This document shows positions 35,046 to 45,268 of a stretch of DNA of 64,000 nucleotides, piece after piece. Source of the DNA: an uncultured bacterium (GTDB lineage: Bacteria > Bacteroidota > Bacteroidia > Chitinophagales > Chitinophagaceae); assembly GCA_903921675.1 (NCBI GenBank), contig CAIXQW010000256.1:12958-76957 (forward strand). Reading direction: 5' to 3'. A model generated the notes under the pieces. The model was given only the letters and a program-made list of their open reading frames with translations, made no database searches and had not been told where the DNA came from. The first letter of the stretch is position 1. Each line of letters opens with the position of its first letter. Both the position numbers and the translations under genes were made by a program.

Positions 35046-37292
35046 ATGAAAATAATTTCGCAAAACACTTTGAGGATTTTCTTCATTGCACTACTAATTA
35101 TTTCTTTCCAAAAAACCAATGCACAGCTACCCAATTGCGCTGGCTCTGATAGCAATAAAATATTTATACAAGCCGGTGCAGATATCTACCGCTTTGATCC
35201 AACCCTACCTGTTACGGCTACCAATCCAAGTTTGTTTGCTGCTACAGGCACAGTTGGCGGTGGATTAACTATTAGTTACAACTTAAATGGTGGTGTTGCA
35301 AGCCCTACATTTTATACTGCTATTTCAGGCAATTATAATTATTGGAATGGTGCAGCTTGGGTTAATACTGGGCATACAGCAGGTACTGTAAACCATGGTG
35401 GTGGCGTAAATTTTATTTATGGATATGTAGGAGGCTCTAATGACATTTTTAAATATAACGGCTTGGCAAATGCAGTAAATATAGGAACTATAATTGGCGC
35501 TGGCCCTTACGATTTAGTAACAGATGCCACAGATAATTTTTATTTTTTTGATGCTAATAATATGGGTGCTGGTAGAGTAAGAAAGTATAGTCCAACAGCT
35601 GTATTGTTGGATAGTATTTTAGTTGCTGGCAATCCATCTAGTGGTGCAGGTGGTGGATTTTCTATTGTGGGTAATACTATGATGGCATCGTTTACTGGTG
35701 GAGATATTTGGTTGGGTACCATAAGTGCAGGTGCTGTAACCATCGCTAATATGGGCACAGCGCCATTTACAATTTCAGATGTAGCGCAATGCCCAGCTAC
35801 CGTAGCACCACAAAATCCGCAAGCTATAATTGCAGCACCCGATACAACTTGCGGTGCATTATGCATTACCCCTACTGATGCAAGTATAGGCAATATTGCT
35901 ACTTGGCAATGGAGTTTCCCTGGAGCTACACCAACTAACTCGGTTTTACAAAACCCTGGACAAATTTGTTATGCAACAGGAGGCGCAAAAAATATATCTT
36001 TGATAGTAATAGATAGCATTGGTAATGCTGATACTACTACAAAAACAATTTTAGTATCTGCTGCTAAAACAATTGTTTCCACTCCTGATAAAATTACTTG
36101 TGTTCCAGGAGATACCTCTAAATTGACAGCTACAGGTTCTTTCCAATACTCTTGGTCTCCAAATGTTGCATTGAGTTGCAACAACTGCAGCAACCCAATG
36201 GCTACACCATACACATCTACACAATACATTGCTACTGGTACAGATAATATTGGCTGCAAAACCAAAGACACTGTAAAAATTACTATCCTGCCTATGCAAG
36301 CTAGTATACTTATAGCTGATGATTCGATTTGCATTACCGAAAAACTAAATGCTACAAGCACTGCTAGTGGGTCTGGAATTAATTGGCAGTGGAATTTAGG
36401 AGACGGTACTACGGTAAATAATAATGTAACTATTAGTAACTATCAATACGCTAACGCTAATAGTTATTTGTTGCAGTTAATAGTTTGGGATACACTCGGC
36501 TGCAGAGATACTGCCACTGAAATTATTTTTATAGATGCATTAGGCTATGCCAACTTTACGATAGATGATAGTTTGTTATGCATTGGCGAGCCATTAATTA
36601 TTAGAGATAGTATTAGTGCGAAAGCTGTATCTTTTCAATACAACTACACACCAGATTTATTTGTATTAAATAATGTACACAATCCTATACATTCTTTTGA
36701 TATTATAACCACATCACTATTGCCAGTAATCTTAACCGTAGATTTTGAGCAATGCCCAGATATTGTTGTTGCTAAAAATATAAAAATATCTCCTTTCCCA
36801 GCAGTGGATTTAGGCGCAGATACAAATATTTGTCCAGGTGTAACAGCAGCTATTACACTATCTAACAAAGCAAATGCAAGTGGTGCCAAGCTATGGAGTA
36901 CTGGAGAAACAGTGCAAATGATTAATGTAACAGAACCAAACACGTATTGGCTAACTGTAACAGATAATGATTGCAGTGCAAGTGATACAGCAAATATTAA
37001 TAGAGATTGTTACATCAATATTCCAAATAGCTTTACGCCAAACAATGATGGCTTGAACGATTACTTTATGCCAATGGATTTGTTGAGTTCTGGAGCTACT
37101 GCATACACGATGAATATTTTTAATAGATGGGGCGAGATAGTATTTAGCACAGCCAGTTTAACTAGTAATGGGTGGGATGGAAAATTTGGCGGAAAACCTC
37201 AGCCAATTGGTACTTATGTTTATCAAATAGATGTAGTATTTAAAAATACAAGTCGTAAAAACTTCCATGGCAATGTTACATTGTTGCGTTAG
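35046..37292 (+). CDS. secreted PKD-repeat protein with T9SS type B (gliding-motility-associated, CHU_C) C-terminal sorting domain
   Basis: Signal peptide ending NAQ. PKD-like segments include WQWSFPGATP and WQWNLGDGTT. The C-terminus IPNSFTPNNDGLNDYFMP...GTYVYQIDV matches the type B sorting domain. Confidence 0.8.
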   Translation: MKIISQNTLRIFFIALLIISFQKTNAQLPNCAGSDSNKIFIQAGADIYRFDPTLPVTATNPSLFAATGTVGGGLTISYNLNGGVASPTFYTAISGNYNYWNGAAWVNTGHTAGTVNHGGGVNFIYGYVGGSNDIFKYNGLANAVNIGTIIGAGPYDLVTDATDNFYFFDANNMGAGRVRKYSPTAVLLDSILVAGNPSSGAGGGFSIVGNTMMASFTGGDIWLGTISAGAVTIANMGTAPFTISDVAQCPATVAPQNPQAIIAAPDTTCGALCITPTDASIGNIATWQWSFPGATPTNSVLQNPGQICYATGGAKNISLIVIDSIGNADTTTKTILVSAAKTIVSTPDKITCVPGDTSKLTATGSFQYSWSPNVALSCNNCSNPMATPYTSTQYIATGTDNIGCKTKDTVKITILPMQASILIADDSICITEKLNATSTASGSGINWQWNLGDGTTVNNNVTISNYQYANANSYLLQLIVWDTLGCRDTATEIIFIDALGYANFTIDDSLLCIGEPLIIRDSISAKAVSFQYNYTPDLFVLNNVHNPIHSFDIITTSLLPVILTVDFEQCPDIVVAKNIKISPFPAVDLGADTNICPGVTAAITLSNKANASGAKLWSTGETVQMINVTEPNTYWLTVTDNDCSASDTANINRDCYINIPNSFTPNNDGLNDYFMPMDLLSSGATAYTMNIFNRWGEIVFSTASLTSNGWDGKFGGKPQPIGTYVYQIDVVFKNTSRKNFHGNVTLLR

Positions 37293-37989
37293 ATTTGTTT
37301 TCCATTTCTAGGTTCATTAATCGAGTTTGTTTTTCATCACTAGTCAATTCTTTTAGAGCATCTTTGGCTATCCATGTAGCAGCTTTATTATTTTGTACTA
37401 ATAGTTGCTCGCACAATGCAATTGCTTTATCATTCAATTGCAAATTTCGTTTGCCTATTTGCCGCACTGCCCAATTGATTGCTTTTTTTACAAAGTTTCT
37501 ATCATCGTAGCTTTGCTCTATAATCATAGGATAAAATTCTTCAAAAAAATCATTGTCTACTTTTTTCCAATGTACTGCCCCAACAGCAATCATTGCAAAA
37601 GCAAAACGCTTTACATATTCTTGTGGAGCATTATAATACTGTTTTATTTTTTCTTTTATAAAAGGAAGTTTGTATAATAAGTTGCAGCAGCATTGGTCGC
37701 AAATATCCCATGCATTAAAATCGTGAATCCACTCATCTGCCTCTTTTGGAGTAAATAATTTTTCATCGGCTAGCATGCCTGCCAATATTCTACACTCATG
37801 TATATTGGTATCCCAAAGGGCTAATGCCAATTGATGTTGTTTACCAATTTTTTTTGCCAATGCTCTAATATCTGGCATAGAAACACCTAATAGGCTATCT
37901 ACTTGTACACCAAAATATTTTGCTTTTGCTTGTCTATCTGTTGTAGCTAATTGCTGTAACTCTTGTATAACTTTTACTGTTGTGTACAT
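37276..37989 (-). CDS. DNA alkylation repair protein (AlkD/AlkC-like HEAT-repeat glycosylase family)
   Basis: 237 aa. The pattern LWDTNIHECRILA...WIHDFNAWDICDQCC...NFVKKAINWAVRQIGKRN is typical of the DNA_alkylation family. Confidence 0.78.
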   Translation of the reverse strand: MYTTVKVIQELQQLATTDRQAKAKYFGVQVDSLLGVSMPDIRALAKKIGKQHQLALALWDTNIHECRILAGMLADEKLFTPKEADEWIHDFNAWDICDQCCCNLLYKLPFIKEKIKQYYNAPQEYVKRFAFAMIAVGAVHWKKVDNDFFEEFYPMIIEQSYDDRNFVKKAINWAVRQIGKRNLQLNDKAIALCEQLLVQNNKAATWIAKDALKELTSDEKQTRLMNLEMENKSNATM

Positions 37990-38000
37990 ACAATTTTATC

Positions 38001-38924
38001 TTATGGTTTTGCGCCTACATAAGCCACTACAGCAAGTTTTGTCATATCTTGGTTTACCGCAAGTCTATAAAAACTAGGAATGCCTAATTGTTTGATATCG
38101 GCAATTTCTATCCATTTTTTTTCGGCAATGCCTTTTGTTTTTTTTGTAGTATACGCAAATAATTTTCCATCTTTCCCCATCCATATTGAACCATCATAGG
38201 TAATGCAAAAATCTTCTTGTCCTGCAATTGTTTCGCACACTGTTACATCTTCTACTTTTAATTTTCCTTTGCGTGGTCTGATGTTTTCTTTGGCCATTAT
38301 TTTTATTTTATAATGCTCAGAATCCGATTTATCTACATAATACAATTTGCTACCATGCACCTGAAATGTTCTGCCAATAGCAGTAGTCAATGTATCTGCT
38401 TTTAAAGTAAGCACATTATACTTTGTAAGTGTAAATGGCTCAGGCAATGTAAGCCCAATAATTTCTGCACCATTTAGCCATGTATAATAGCCAAGGCTAG
38501 TTACACCTGGCAACAATAAGTGACCTCTTTTACCACTATTTGGATAAGCGTAAAAGTGTTGTGTTACTGTATCTTTTTCTACTCTTACACAAGTTATCTC
38601 ATCTTCTAAAAGGCTTTGTCTTGGACTGTATTCTGCTTCGTCTGTTTTGGTGATGCGCTTATTTTTTTTGCGCTTCATATCGTATTTATAAATATCTGTA
38701 TTGCCATCGCCATTGTTAGATGCATATAAAATACTTCTATCATCATCTACAAAAAATGGTTGATTATTATAACCTTTATCTTTAGAAATTAATAAAGGCC
38801 TGCCAAATACTAATTTTGTTCTGCCTTCTCGGCTAATATCTATTGTATAAATTCTCGTTTCTGGCAATTGAGCAATGGCAGTAACAGAAAATAGGCTGCA
38901 ATACAAAAAAAGTAATTTTTTCAT
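38001..38924 (-). CDS. secreted hypothetical protein, probably TolB-like beta-propeller
   Basis: Signal peptide ...VTAIAQ. GYNNQPFF and NGDGNTDIYKYD resemble TolB/WD40-like blades. Confidence 0.5.
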   Translation of the reverse strand: MKKLLFLYCSLFSVTAIAQLPETRIYTIDISREGRTKLVFGRPLLISKDKGYNNQPFFVDDDRSILYASNNGDGNTDIYKYDMKRKKNKRITKTDEAEYSPRQSLLEDEITCVRVEKDTVTQHFYAYPNSGKRGHLLLPGVTSLGYYTWLNGAEIIGLTLPEPFTLTKYNVLTLKADTLTTAIGRTFQVHGSKLYYVDKSDSEHYKIKIMAKENIRPRKGKLKVEDVTVCETIAGQEDFCITYDGSIWMGKDGKLFAYTTKKTKGIAEKKWIEIADIKQLGIPSFYRLAVNQDMTKLAVVAYVGAKP

Positions 38925-38928
38925 ATCA

Positions 38929-38936
38929 CAAAAATA
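38929..38936 (-). promoter_or_regulatory. candidate -7 box TATTTTTG for the 38924 gene
   Basis: The plus strand reads caaaaata, 4 nt upstream of the ATG at 38924. Confidence 0.35.
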
Positions 38937-38977
38937 AGTAATCGATAGCAGAATTTATTGTAATAAAAAACTAAAAT

Positions 38978-39379
38978 TTATTCTGCCATACCAGCATCTT
39001 TCCAACTTTGTAGTAAGGCAATTTCTGCTTTTGTAAGTGCTGGTTGTTTGCTTTCCAAAGGCATATATTTAGGATTTTCTGCAGGTAATCCTACTCTGTA
39101 AATAATTCCTTTTATTTCTCTTTTTACAGCCGCTATATTATCAAAAGACCCATCTGCATTGTCTTTAGCAATATGACAAGGAGAACACTTGGCAACTAAT
39201 ATTGGCATTACTTCTTTTTTGAAAGAAACAGCTGTTAAAGGTTTTACATCTGCTGTTTTAACTTCTGTGTTGATTTTTATGGTGGTTGTAGTTTTTGAGG
39301 TAGATTTTTTACTGCCACAATTTTGTAATGCAAGCATTAAACCAGTGCATACAAACAATAAAGTAATTTTATTCAACAT
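38978..39379 (-). CDS. small lipoprotein with a c-type haem-binding motif (PSCyt1-like cytochrome c domain)
   Basis: Lipobox LALQNCGS. The CxxCH motif is CSPCH. MPLESKQPALTKAEIALLQSWKDAG resembles the planctomycete-type cytochrome c domain. Confidence 0.65.
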   Translation of the reverse strand: MLNKITLLFVCTGLMLALQNCGSKKSTSKTTTTIKINTEVKTADVKPLTAVSFKKEVMPILVAKCSPCHIAKDNADGSFDNIAAVKREIKGIIYRVGLPAENPKYMPLESKQPALTKAEIALLQSWKDAGMAE

Positions 39380-39398
39380 AATAAATATTTTAGATATT

Positions 39399-39406
39399 CA
39401 AATATA
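39399..39406 (-). promoter_or_regulatory. candidate -7 box TATATTTG for the cytochrome-c-like lipoprotein gene
   Basis: The plus strand reads caaatata, 19 nt upstream of the ATG at 39379. Confidence 0.35.
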
Positions 39407-39444
39407 CTACTATCTTGTGCTAATAATAGTGAATGGCATTCTAA

Positions 39445-40422
39445 TTATTTCTTTGTAAAAAATTCTTTCTCTGCTGTAAGATTAAAGAAGGGATAATTTT
39501 TTTCTAACAAAACACATTTATCTAAATAAGTTTGTAAAAATTGTTGATGAGCATTGCTTGCTGGGTTTTGTGTTTTATGATGGATGGCTAGTTTTATTTT
39601 ATATATTTCTTCCATTCGTTCGTAACACTTTTCGTCTATAGCTATTTCTTTAAATCTTTCCCAAACATATTCTGTAGCACTGTAATTAGGGTGTGCAAAG
39701 TCGATATCAAAAAATCGATAGTCGCGCAATTCGTCTATAACAATTTCGTAGCTAGGAAAATAGTAGCAATGGTCATTGGCATTTACCAATTGATGCACTG
39801 CTTCTATCAAACGCGATTTGCTTCTATTATTATCTATTACTCCATCTCGCAAGTGGCGTACCGGACTGATTGTAAATATGATTTGCAATGCTGGATTAAA
39901 TTCTTTAAGCATAGCAATGCTACTTTGCATTTGTGCGATAATAAAATTTGTATCTAATAACTCTTTAGTAAACCATTGTGCAGGTGCTCTGTGGTTGTTG
40001 CTTACATGCATATCTAAATCGTTGTGCCGATATGCAAATGCAGAACCAAGTGTAATCACTAACCAATTACTACTTTTAAAAAATGCATTTGCCTCCGCTA
40101 TACTTGCATTCATTTTTTGTAAAGCATCTTCTGGTGTAACGCCACTAAATCTGCTGTGATGTAACCAACTATGCCACATTTCATTTAAATAAAATAAATG
40201 ATCTTGCGTATACACTTGTTTGCGAACAACATCTCTAATGCAAGTATGCACACTAACTGGGTTAAATAATATGCCATGCGGGTTTTGTAAAGTTTGCCAT
40301 TTTCTATCTTCTAACCGCTTAGCCATATTTTCTGTAAAGCAACTACCTATCAGTGTTATTTTATCTGGATAGGCAATTTGCTTGGCTTGCTTTGCTATAG
40401 GAAAAGATATTTGGAACTGCAT
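39445..40422 (-). CDS. GSCFA family protein
   Basis: 325 aa. The family-defining motif sits near the N-terminus: KITLIGSCFTENMAKRL. Confidence 0.82.
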   Translation of the reverse strand: MQFQISFPIAKQAKQIAYPDKITLIGSCFTENMAKRLEDRKWQTLQNPHGILFNPVSVHTCIRDVVRKQVYTQDHLFYLNEMWHSWLHHSRFSGVTPEDALQKMNASIAEANAFFKSSNWLVITLGSAFAYRHNDLDMHVSNNHRAPAQWFTKELLDTNFIIAQMQSSIAMLKEFNPALQIIFTISPVRHLRDGVIDNNRSKSRLIEAVHQLVNANDHCYYFPSYEIVIDELRDYRFFDIDFAHPNYSATEYVWERFKEIAIDEKCYERMEEIYKIKLAIHHKTQNPASNAHQQFLQTYLDKCVLLEKNYPFFNLTAEKEFFTKK

Positions 40423-40482
40423 TGTTTATATTTATAAAATACAAATTAAACAATTAAAACTGACTTACAGTAAAGAGATTTC

Positions 40483-41382
40483 TTACGCAATTACTTTAGC
40501 GACAACTTTCTTTTTATTCAGCCACCACACCGCCAAAATGCCAAGCACACCACCCACTATTGTATACCAACTTATTATTTCTCCAAAAATTATCCAACTA
40601 CTAATAGCTGCTGCGAATGGCACAATATAAATAAAACTACTAGTGCGCGCTGAGCCTAACTGGGTTGTTGCAAAGAAAAATATAGTGGTAGCAATGCCTG
40701 TATTAATTACTGCATTAAAAATCAAATTGCCATAAAATTTCCAATTGCCTTGTTGTAGCATTACCATTATTTTTTGCGGATTAGCAAATAATAATAAAAT
40801 GCCTGCGCAAATTACATACATCCACCAAGTGTATGCCAATGCAGAACCATAGCGCTGCGCTATTGCTGTAATGCGACTCAATAATGCCCACACAATGCAA
40901 CTACATAAAAAAAACAAATTACCCGATTTTAAAATATTGCTAGCATTGTTCCAAATATGCAATAAAAAAGTAGCAGCTATTAAACCTAGCAATAAACCCA
41001 TTGTTTCGTAAGTGGTTGGTTTGCGCTTACTTACAATTAATGCTATGATGTAACTAACGATTGGTGTAAGTGTAGTAACCAAAACTCCTCCTGCACCTGG
41101 CATTCCTTTTTGTATGCCTCCAAAAAATAATAAACTATAACCTGCCATTAATGTAGCTCCTAAAAACAAAAGTGGCAATCCTTTTTTATCTATGGTAAAA
41201 GGCACTTTAATTAATTTTAATAAAATAAAAATGCCAATAGCCGTAAATAAAAATCTTGTAAATGCAATGTCTATCACACCACCAAACTGCGTTAAATATT
41301 TTGCACTTGGCCATGCTACTCCCCACACGATCATACTACAAACTAAGGCAGGAAATAAAATTTCTTTTTTAGATAAAGACAT
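40483..41382 (-). CDS. DMT superfamily transporter (two EamA domains)
   Basis: About 10 TM helices in duplicated five-helix units. I prefer the ATG at 41382 (MSLSKKEILFPALV). Confidence 0.82.
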   Translation of the reverse strand: MSLSKKEILFPALVCSMIVWGVAWPSAKYLTQFGGVIDIAFTRFLFTAIGIFILLKLIKVPFTIDKKGLPLLFLGATLMAGYSLLFFGGIQKGMPGAGGVLVTTLTPIVSYIIALIVSKRKPTTYETMGLLLGLIAATFLLHIWNNASNILKSGNLFFLCSCIVWALLSRITAIAQRYGSALAYTWWMYVICAGILLLFANPQKIMVMLQQGNWKFYGNLIFNAVINTGIATTIFFFATTQLGSARTSSFIYIVPFAAAISSWIIFGEIISWYTIVGGVLGILAVWWLNKKKVVAKVIA

Positions 41383-41386
41383 GAGA

Positions 41387-41394
41387 CAAAAGTA
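41387..41394 (-). promoter_or_regulatory. candidate -7 box TACTTTTG for the EamA transporter gene
   Basis: The plus strand reads caaaagta, 4 nt upstream of the ATG at 41382. Confidence 0.35.
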
Positions 41395-41622
41395 ATTTAG
41401 TAATTCTTCAAAACGTAAAAACAATAGTTTTATTTGAAAAATCAACATAAGGCACGAATGTTATATTTTTCAATCCCGACAATAAAAGTCAGGACTATTG
41501 TAGGGTAAATACCCAATGATTTGAAACCTACAATTCTATAGGTAAGTATATATAAGTTTCTATCAAAATCATTTCTACTACAAATCAAACTTCTTATCTT
41601 TACCTACCTAAAAATAATTAAT

Positions 41623-43200
41623 TTGAAAAAAATATTCCTACTAGGCTGTTTATTATTTACAAAACAAATTTTTGCGCAAATAAGTGGTGAGCTACAAGCC
41701 AATTTAAATTTTTATGAAAACGATACTGCTATTGTAGTAAAAGGAAATCCTTTGTACGAAAACTATAAAAGTGGCGGTGAATCATGGTTGGCTTTGCGCT
41801 ATAATGGCGAAAACGGATTTAATGCCAATGTGCGCATTGATGGTTTCCAAAATAGTAATATTTTAAATCCTAATAATGCATTTACAGCTGCAGGAATTGG
41901 CATGTTTAATGTAAGTAAAGAATGGGACAACCTCACCATTACCGCAGGGCACATTTACGACCAAATTGGTACAGGTATTATTTATAGAGCTTATGAAGAC
42001 AGAGCTTTATTGATAGATAATGCATTATTTGGTTTGCAAGCTAAATATCATTTTAGTGATAAATTAAATGTGAAAGCTTTTACTGGGCAAGTGCGTAATT
42101 TATTTGAAAGATATAATCCTGTAATTAAGGGTATAAATTTTGAAGGCGATTTAGATTATAAAAAAGCACATTTTACTCCGGGTATTGGGGTGGTAAATCG
42201 CACTTTAGATAAAGGCAGTATGGACAAAGTGGTAAATACCGTAAATGGTTTGCCATTTGCTGATAGATTTATTCCAAAATATAATTATTACGCAGCTACA
42301 GTTTATAATACATTAAACATAGGCTCTATTAGTTGGTATGTAGAAGGAGCAATGAAAACAGAAGAAGCCATCAACAATGCACAAGGTTTATTGGTAAATA
42401 AAAATGGTACCGTATTATACACCAATGCAGGTTGGGCAAAAAACAAAATTGGCATCAATGCTAGCTTTAAGCGCACCGAAAATTTTGCATTGCGCACTAG
42501 CCCCAACGAAAGCGCATTGCGTGGCTTTACCAATTGGCAACCAATTATAGCAGTTATCAGACCACAACGTGTAATAGCTAGGTACACGCCTGCAAGCCAA
42601 GATTTAAGCGAGCAAAGCTATGCAGTAAGCACACAATACACACCAAACGATAATTATTCTATTAATGGCTCCTACACACACATCAATAATTTAGATGGTG
42701 TAAAATTGTACAGAGAAGTATTTATAGAAGGAGAAATTCGTAAGATAAAAAATACAATTATACATGCAGGTACGCAAATTTTAGATTACAACCAAGCAGT
42801 GTATCAGCAAGATGGAACTACATTTAAGTCAGTTACTGGCTTTGCAGAAATTACCTATAAATTTTCTGAAAAGAAAAGTTTGAAAGCAGATTTGCAATAT
42901 ATGGATGGACACGGCGACTATGGTAGTTGGGCTTATGCATTGCTAGAATACGATATTGCACCTAAATGGGCATTTGCTGTAAGCGATATGTATAATATTA
43001 GTACCAATGCCAATTTTACCTTGCACAAAGGATTAGTAAATCATCATTACCCAAATGTGTTTGTAGCATACACCCACAATGCACACCGCTTTACAGCGCA
43101 ATATGTAAAGCAAGTGGCAGGTATTAATTGTACTGGTGGTGTATGTAGATACGAACCTGCATTTAGCGGATTTAAAATAGGTATAACAAGTAGTTTTTAA
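41623..43200 (+). CDS. putative outer-membrane beta-barrel protein (DUF6029-like)
   Basis: TTG start and a signal peptide ending FAQ. It has alternating beta-strand character and the terminal FKIGITSSF with a C-terminal Phe typical of OMP barrels. The family name comes from memory only. Confidence 0.5.
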   Translation: MKKIFLLGCLLFTKQIFAQISGELQANLNFYENDTAIVVKGNPLYENYKSGGESWLALRYNGENGFNANVRIDGFQNSNILNPNNAFTAAGIGMFNVSKEWDNLTITAGHIYDQIGTGIIYRAYEDRALLIDNALFGLQAKYHFSDKLNVKAFTGQVRNLFERYNPVIKGINFEGDLDYKKAHFTPGIGVVNRTLDKGSMDKVVNTVNGLPFADRFIPKYNYYAATVYNTLNIGSISWYVEGAMKTEEAINNAQGLLVNKNGTVLYTNAGWAKNKIGINASFKRTENFALRTSPNESALRGFTNWQPIIAVIRPQRVIARYTPASQDLSEQSYAVSTQYTPNDNYSINGSYTHINNLDGVKLYREVFIEGEIRKIKNTIIHAGTQILDYNQAVYQQDGTTFKSVTGFAEITYKFSEKKSLKADLQYMDGHGDYGSWAYALLEYDIAPKWAFAVSDMYNISTNANFTLHKGLVNHHYPNVFVAYTHNAHRFTAQYVKQVAGINCTGGVCRYEPAFSGFKIGITSSF

Positions 43201-43221
43201 TTTAATAAAAAATAAGATACA

Positions 43222-44091
43222 ATGAAAAAAATAATTTATGCATTAGCAATTGCTGCAAGTTTAGCATTAGCAAGTTGCGAAGAAAATATTCCAACTGGCT
43301 TAGTATTATCGCAACCCTTTGTAAGCCACGACTCTGAATATGTAACCACAATAATACCAACTGCACAAGCAAAGAATGTATTGATAGAAGAGTTTACGGG
43401 GGTTAGATGCTCAAACTGTCCCAACGGTGCAATAGTTTTAAAAAATATTCAAACTGCAAATGCTCCAAGAGTTTTAGTAGCAAAGGCACATGTAGGTAAC
43501 TATGGAATCCCAATTAAAACTGATTTAGATTTGCGCAATCCAGATGCTACAACATTATCGTCTTCGTTAGGTATGCAAACACAGCCTTCAGCAGCTGTTG
43601 ATAGACAATTAAATACCGGTACTGATTATACTTTTTCCATCAATCAAGTTAGTGGAAAGGTGATTTCTCAATTAGCTAAACCAACTCCTGTAAATATTAG
43701 TTTAGAAAAATTGGTAAATGCAACTCTAGATACCATTAACCTTGCTGCTACATTTATATTTACAGATACTACATCTAGAAAATTAGCATTCAATATATAT
43801 CTTTTAGAAAACAAAGTAGTAACTCATCAGGATTCTTTTGACGTAGTAAGTTTATCTACGTTGGAAATAGAAGAATATGAACATGAAGAAGTATTAAGAA
43901 AATCCATTACTCCTTCTTTTGTAGGTACTTCTTTCCCCGATATTTTACAACCAAAAGGTAAAGTATATATTCGTGCTTTACAATTTCCAAAACCATCTAA
44001 TGTGCTTAATTTAAGCAACTGCACATTATTGGTATTTGTACATGATAGAGATACAAAAGAAGCTATTCATTGTCAGCAGATACATTTGTAA
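43222..44091 (+). CDS. Omp28-related lipoprotein with a thioredoxin-like CxxC
   Basis: Lipobox LALASCEE. EEFTGVRCSNCPNG is the motif I associate with Omp28-related outer membrane proteins. Confidence 0.55.
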   Translation: MKKIIYALAIAASLALASCEENIPTGLVLSQPFVSHDSEYVTTIIPTAQAKNVLIEEFTGVRCSNCPNGAIVLKNIQTANAPRVLVAKAHVGNYGIPIKTDLDLRNPDATTLSSSLGMQTQPSAAVDRQLNTGTDYTFSINQVSGKVISQLAKPTPVNISLEKLVNATLDTINLAATFIFTDTTSRKLAFNIYLLENKVVTHQDSFDVVSLSTLEIEEYEHEEVLRKSITPSFVGTSFPDILQPKGKVYIRALQFPKPSNVLNLSNCTLLVFVHDRDTKEAIHCQQIHL

Positions 44092-44112
44092 TGCACTACA
44101 TATAATAATTCT

Positions 44113-44151
44113 AAAGCCAATCTGCATGTATCTGCAGATTGGCTTTTTTTT
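44113..44151 (+). terminator. rho-independent terminator
   Basis: Perfect 14-bp stem aaagccaatctgca/tgcagattggcttt, loop tgtatc, followed by a T-run. Confidence 0.7.
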
Positions 44152-44239
44152 ATAATTAATTCATAAACATTTATAAAACCTATTTCGCTAAGCAATAAAT
44201 ATTTAAATTTACGCATTGGCAGTAAGGCCTTACATTTTG

Positions 44240-45226
44240 ATGAAAAAATACTTTTTATATATCGCTTCTATATTTGCTATTGGCAGCATTGCTTCTTGTG
44301 GCGATAGCACAACAAGCACCACCACAGAAACCGCTGCGCCTTCTTTGGTAAAAGCACCAGCCTTTAGTGCAGATAGTGCTTATGCAAATGTGCAAACCCA
44401 AGTATACTTTGGACCGCGTGTGCCTGGCTCTGCTTCACAAAAAAAATGCGCGGCTTGGATGGAGCAACAATTGAGAAAATATTGCGATAGTGTGTATGTA
44501 CAAAATGTTACAGTTACACAACCCGTTACTTCTAAAACCTATCCTTGCATTAATGTAATTGGCGAAATTAATCCGCAAGCTGCAACAAGAGTATTATTAC
44601 TTTGCCATTGGGATAGTCGTGGTTGGGCAGATGAAGATGCCAATCCAAAATTCCACAATACACCAATTGATGCTGCAGATGATGCTGGTAGTGGGGTTGG
44701 TGTATTGATAGAAGTAGCACGCGCCATAAAGTCCCAAAAATTAGATATTGGTGTAGATATATTATTTGCAGATGTAGAAGATTATGGAAAAAGCGAATGG
44801 GAGCAAGCCAGCTACCCTAGCACATATTGCTTAGGTACAAGGTATTGGGCACAAAACCCTCACAAGTATGGCTATCATGCCAACTTTGGTATGTGTCTAG
44901 ACATGGTAGGTGCAAAAGGTGCAACATTTAAACTAGAGCAGCAAAGCAAAATGTTGGCTGGCGATTTTCAGAAAAAAGTTTGGACTACAGCTAGCCAACT
45001 TGGACATAGTTCTTACTTTCAGTTTGCAGATGGAGGCAGCATTACAGATGACCATATGGAAATTAATCAGTATGCAAGAATCCCTTGTATAGATATTATT
45101 AATACACAGCCTAATGGTGGCTTTGCACCGCATTGGCATACCATGAATGATAAAATGGATATTATAGATAAAGGCACATTACAAGCTGTAGGAGAAACTG
45201 TGCTTGCTGTGTTGTATAACTATTAA
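44240..45226 (+). CDS. M28-family lipoprotein, glutaminyl-peptide cyclotransferase-like
   Basis: The ATG at 44240 gives MKKYFLYIASIFAIGSIASCG (lipobox). LLCHWDSRGWADED, DAADDAGSGVGVLIEVAR and FADVEDYG resemble the type II glutaminyl cyclase / M28 metal-binding motifs. Confidence 0.75.
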   Translation: MKKYFLYIASIFAIGSIASCGDSTTSTTTETAAPSLVKAPAFSADSAYANVQTQVYFGPRVPGSASQKKCAAWMEQQLRKYCDSVYVQNVTVTQPVTSKTYPCINVIGEINPQAATRVLLLCHWDSRGWADEDANPKFHNTPIDAADDAGSGVGVLIEVARAIKSQKLDIGVDILFADVEDYGKSEWEQASYPSTYCLGTRYWAQNPHKYGYHANFGMCLDMVGAKGATFKLEQQSKMLAGDFQKKVWTTASQLGHSSYFQFADGGSITDDHMEINQYARIPCIDIINTQPNGGFAPHWHTMNDKMDIIDKGTLQAVGETVLAVLYNY

Positions 45227-45268
45227 GATTTATACCACGAATAGTTAGAGGAGCATTTTTTAAGATTG

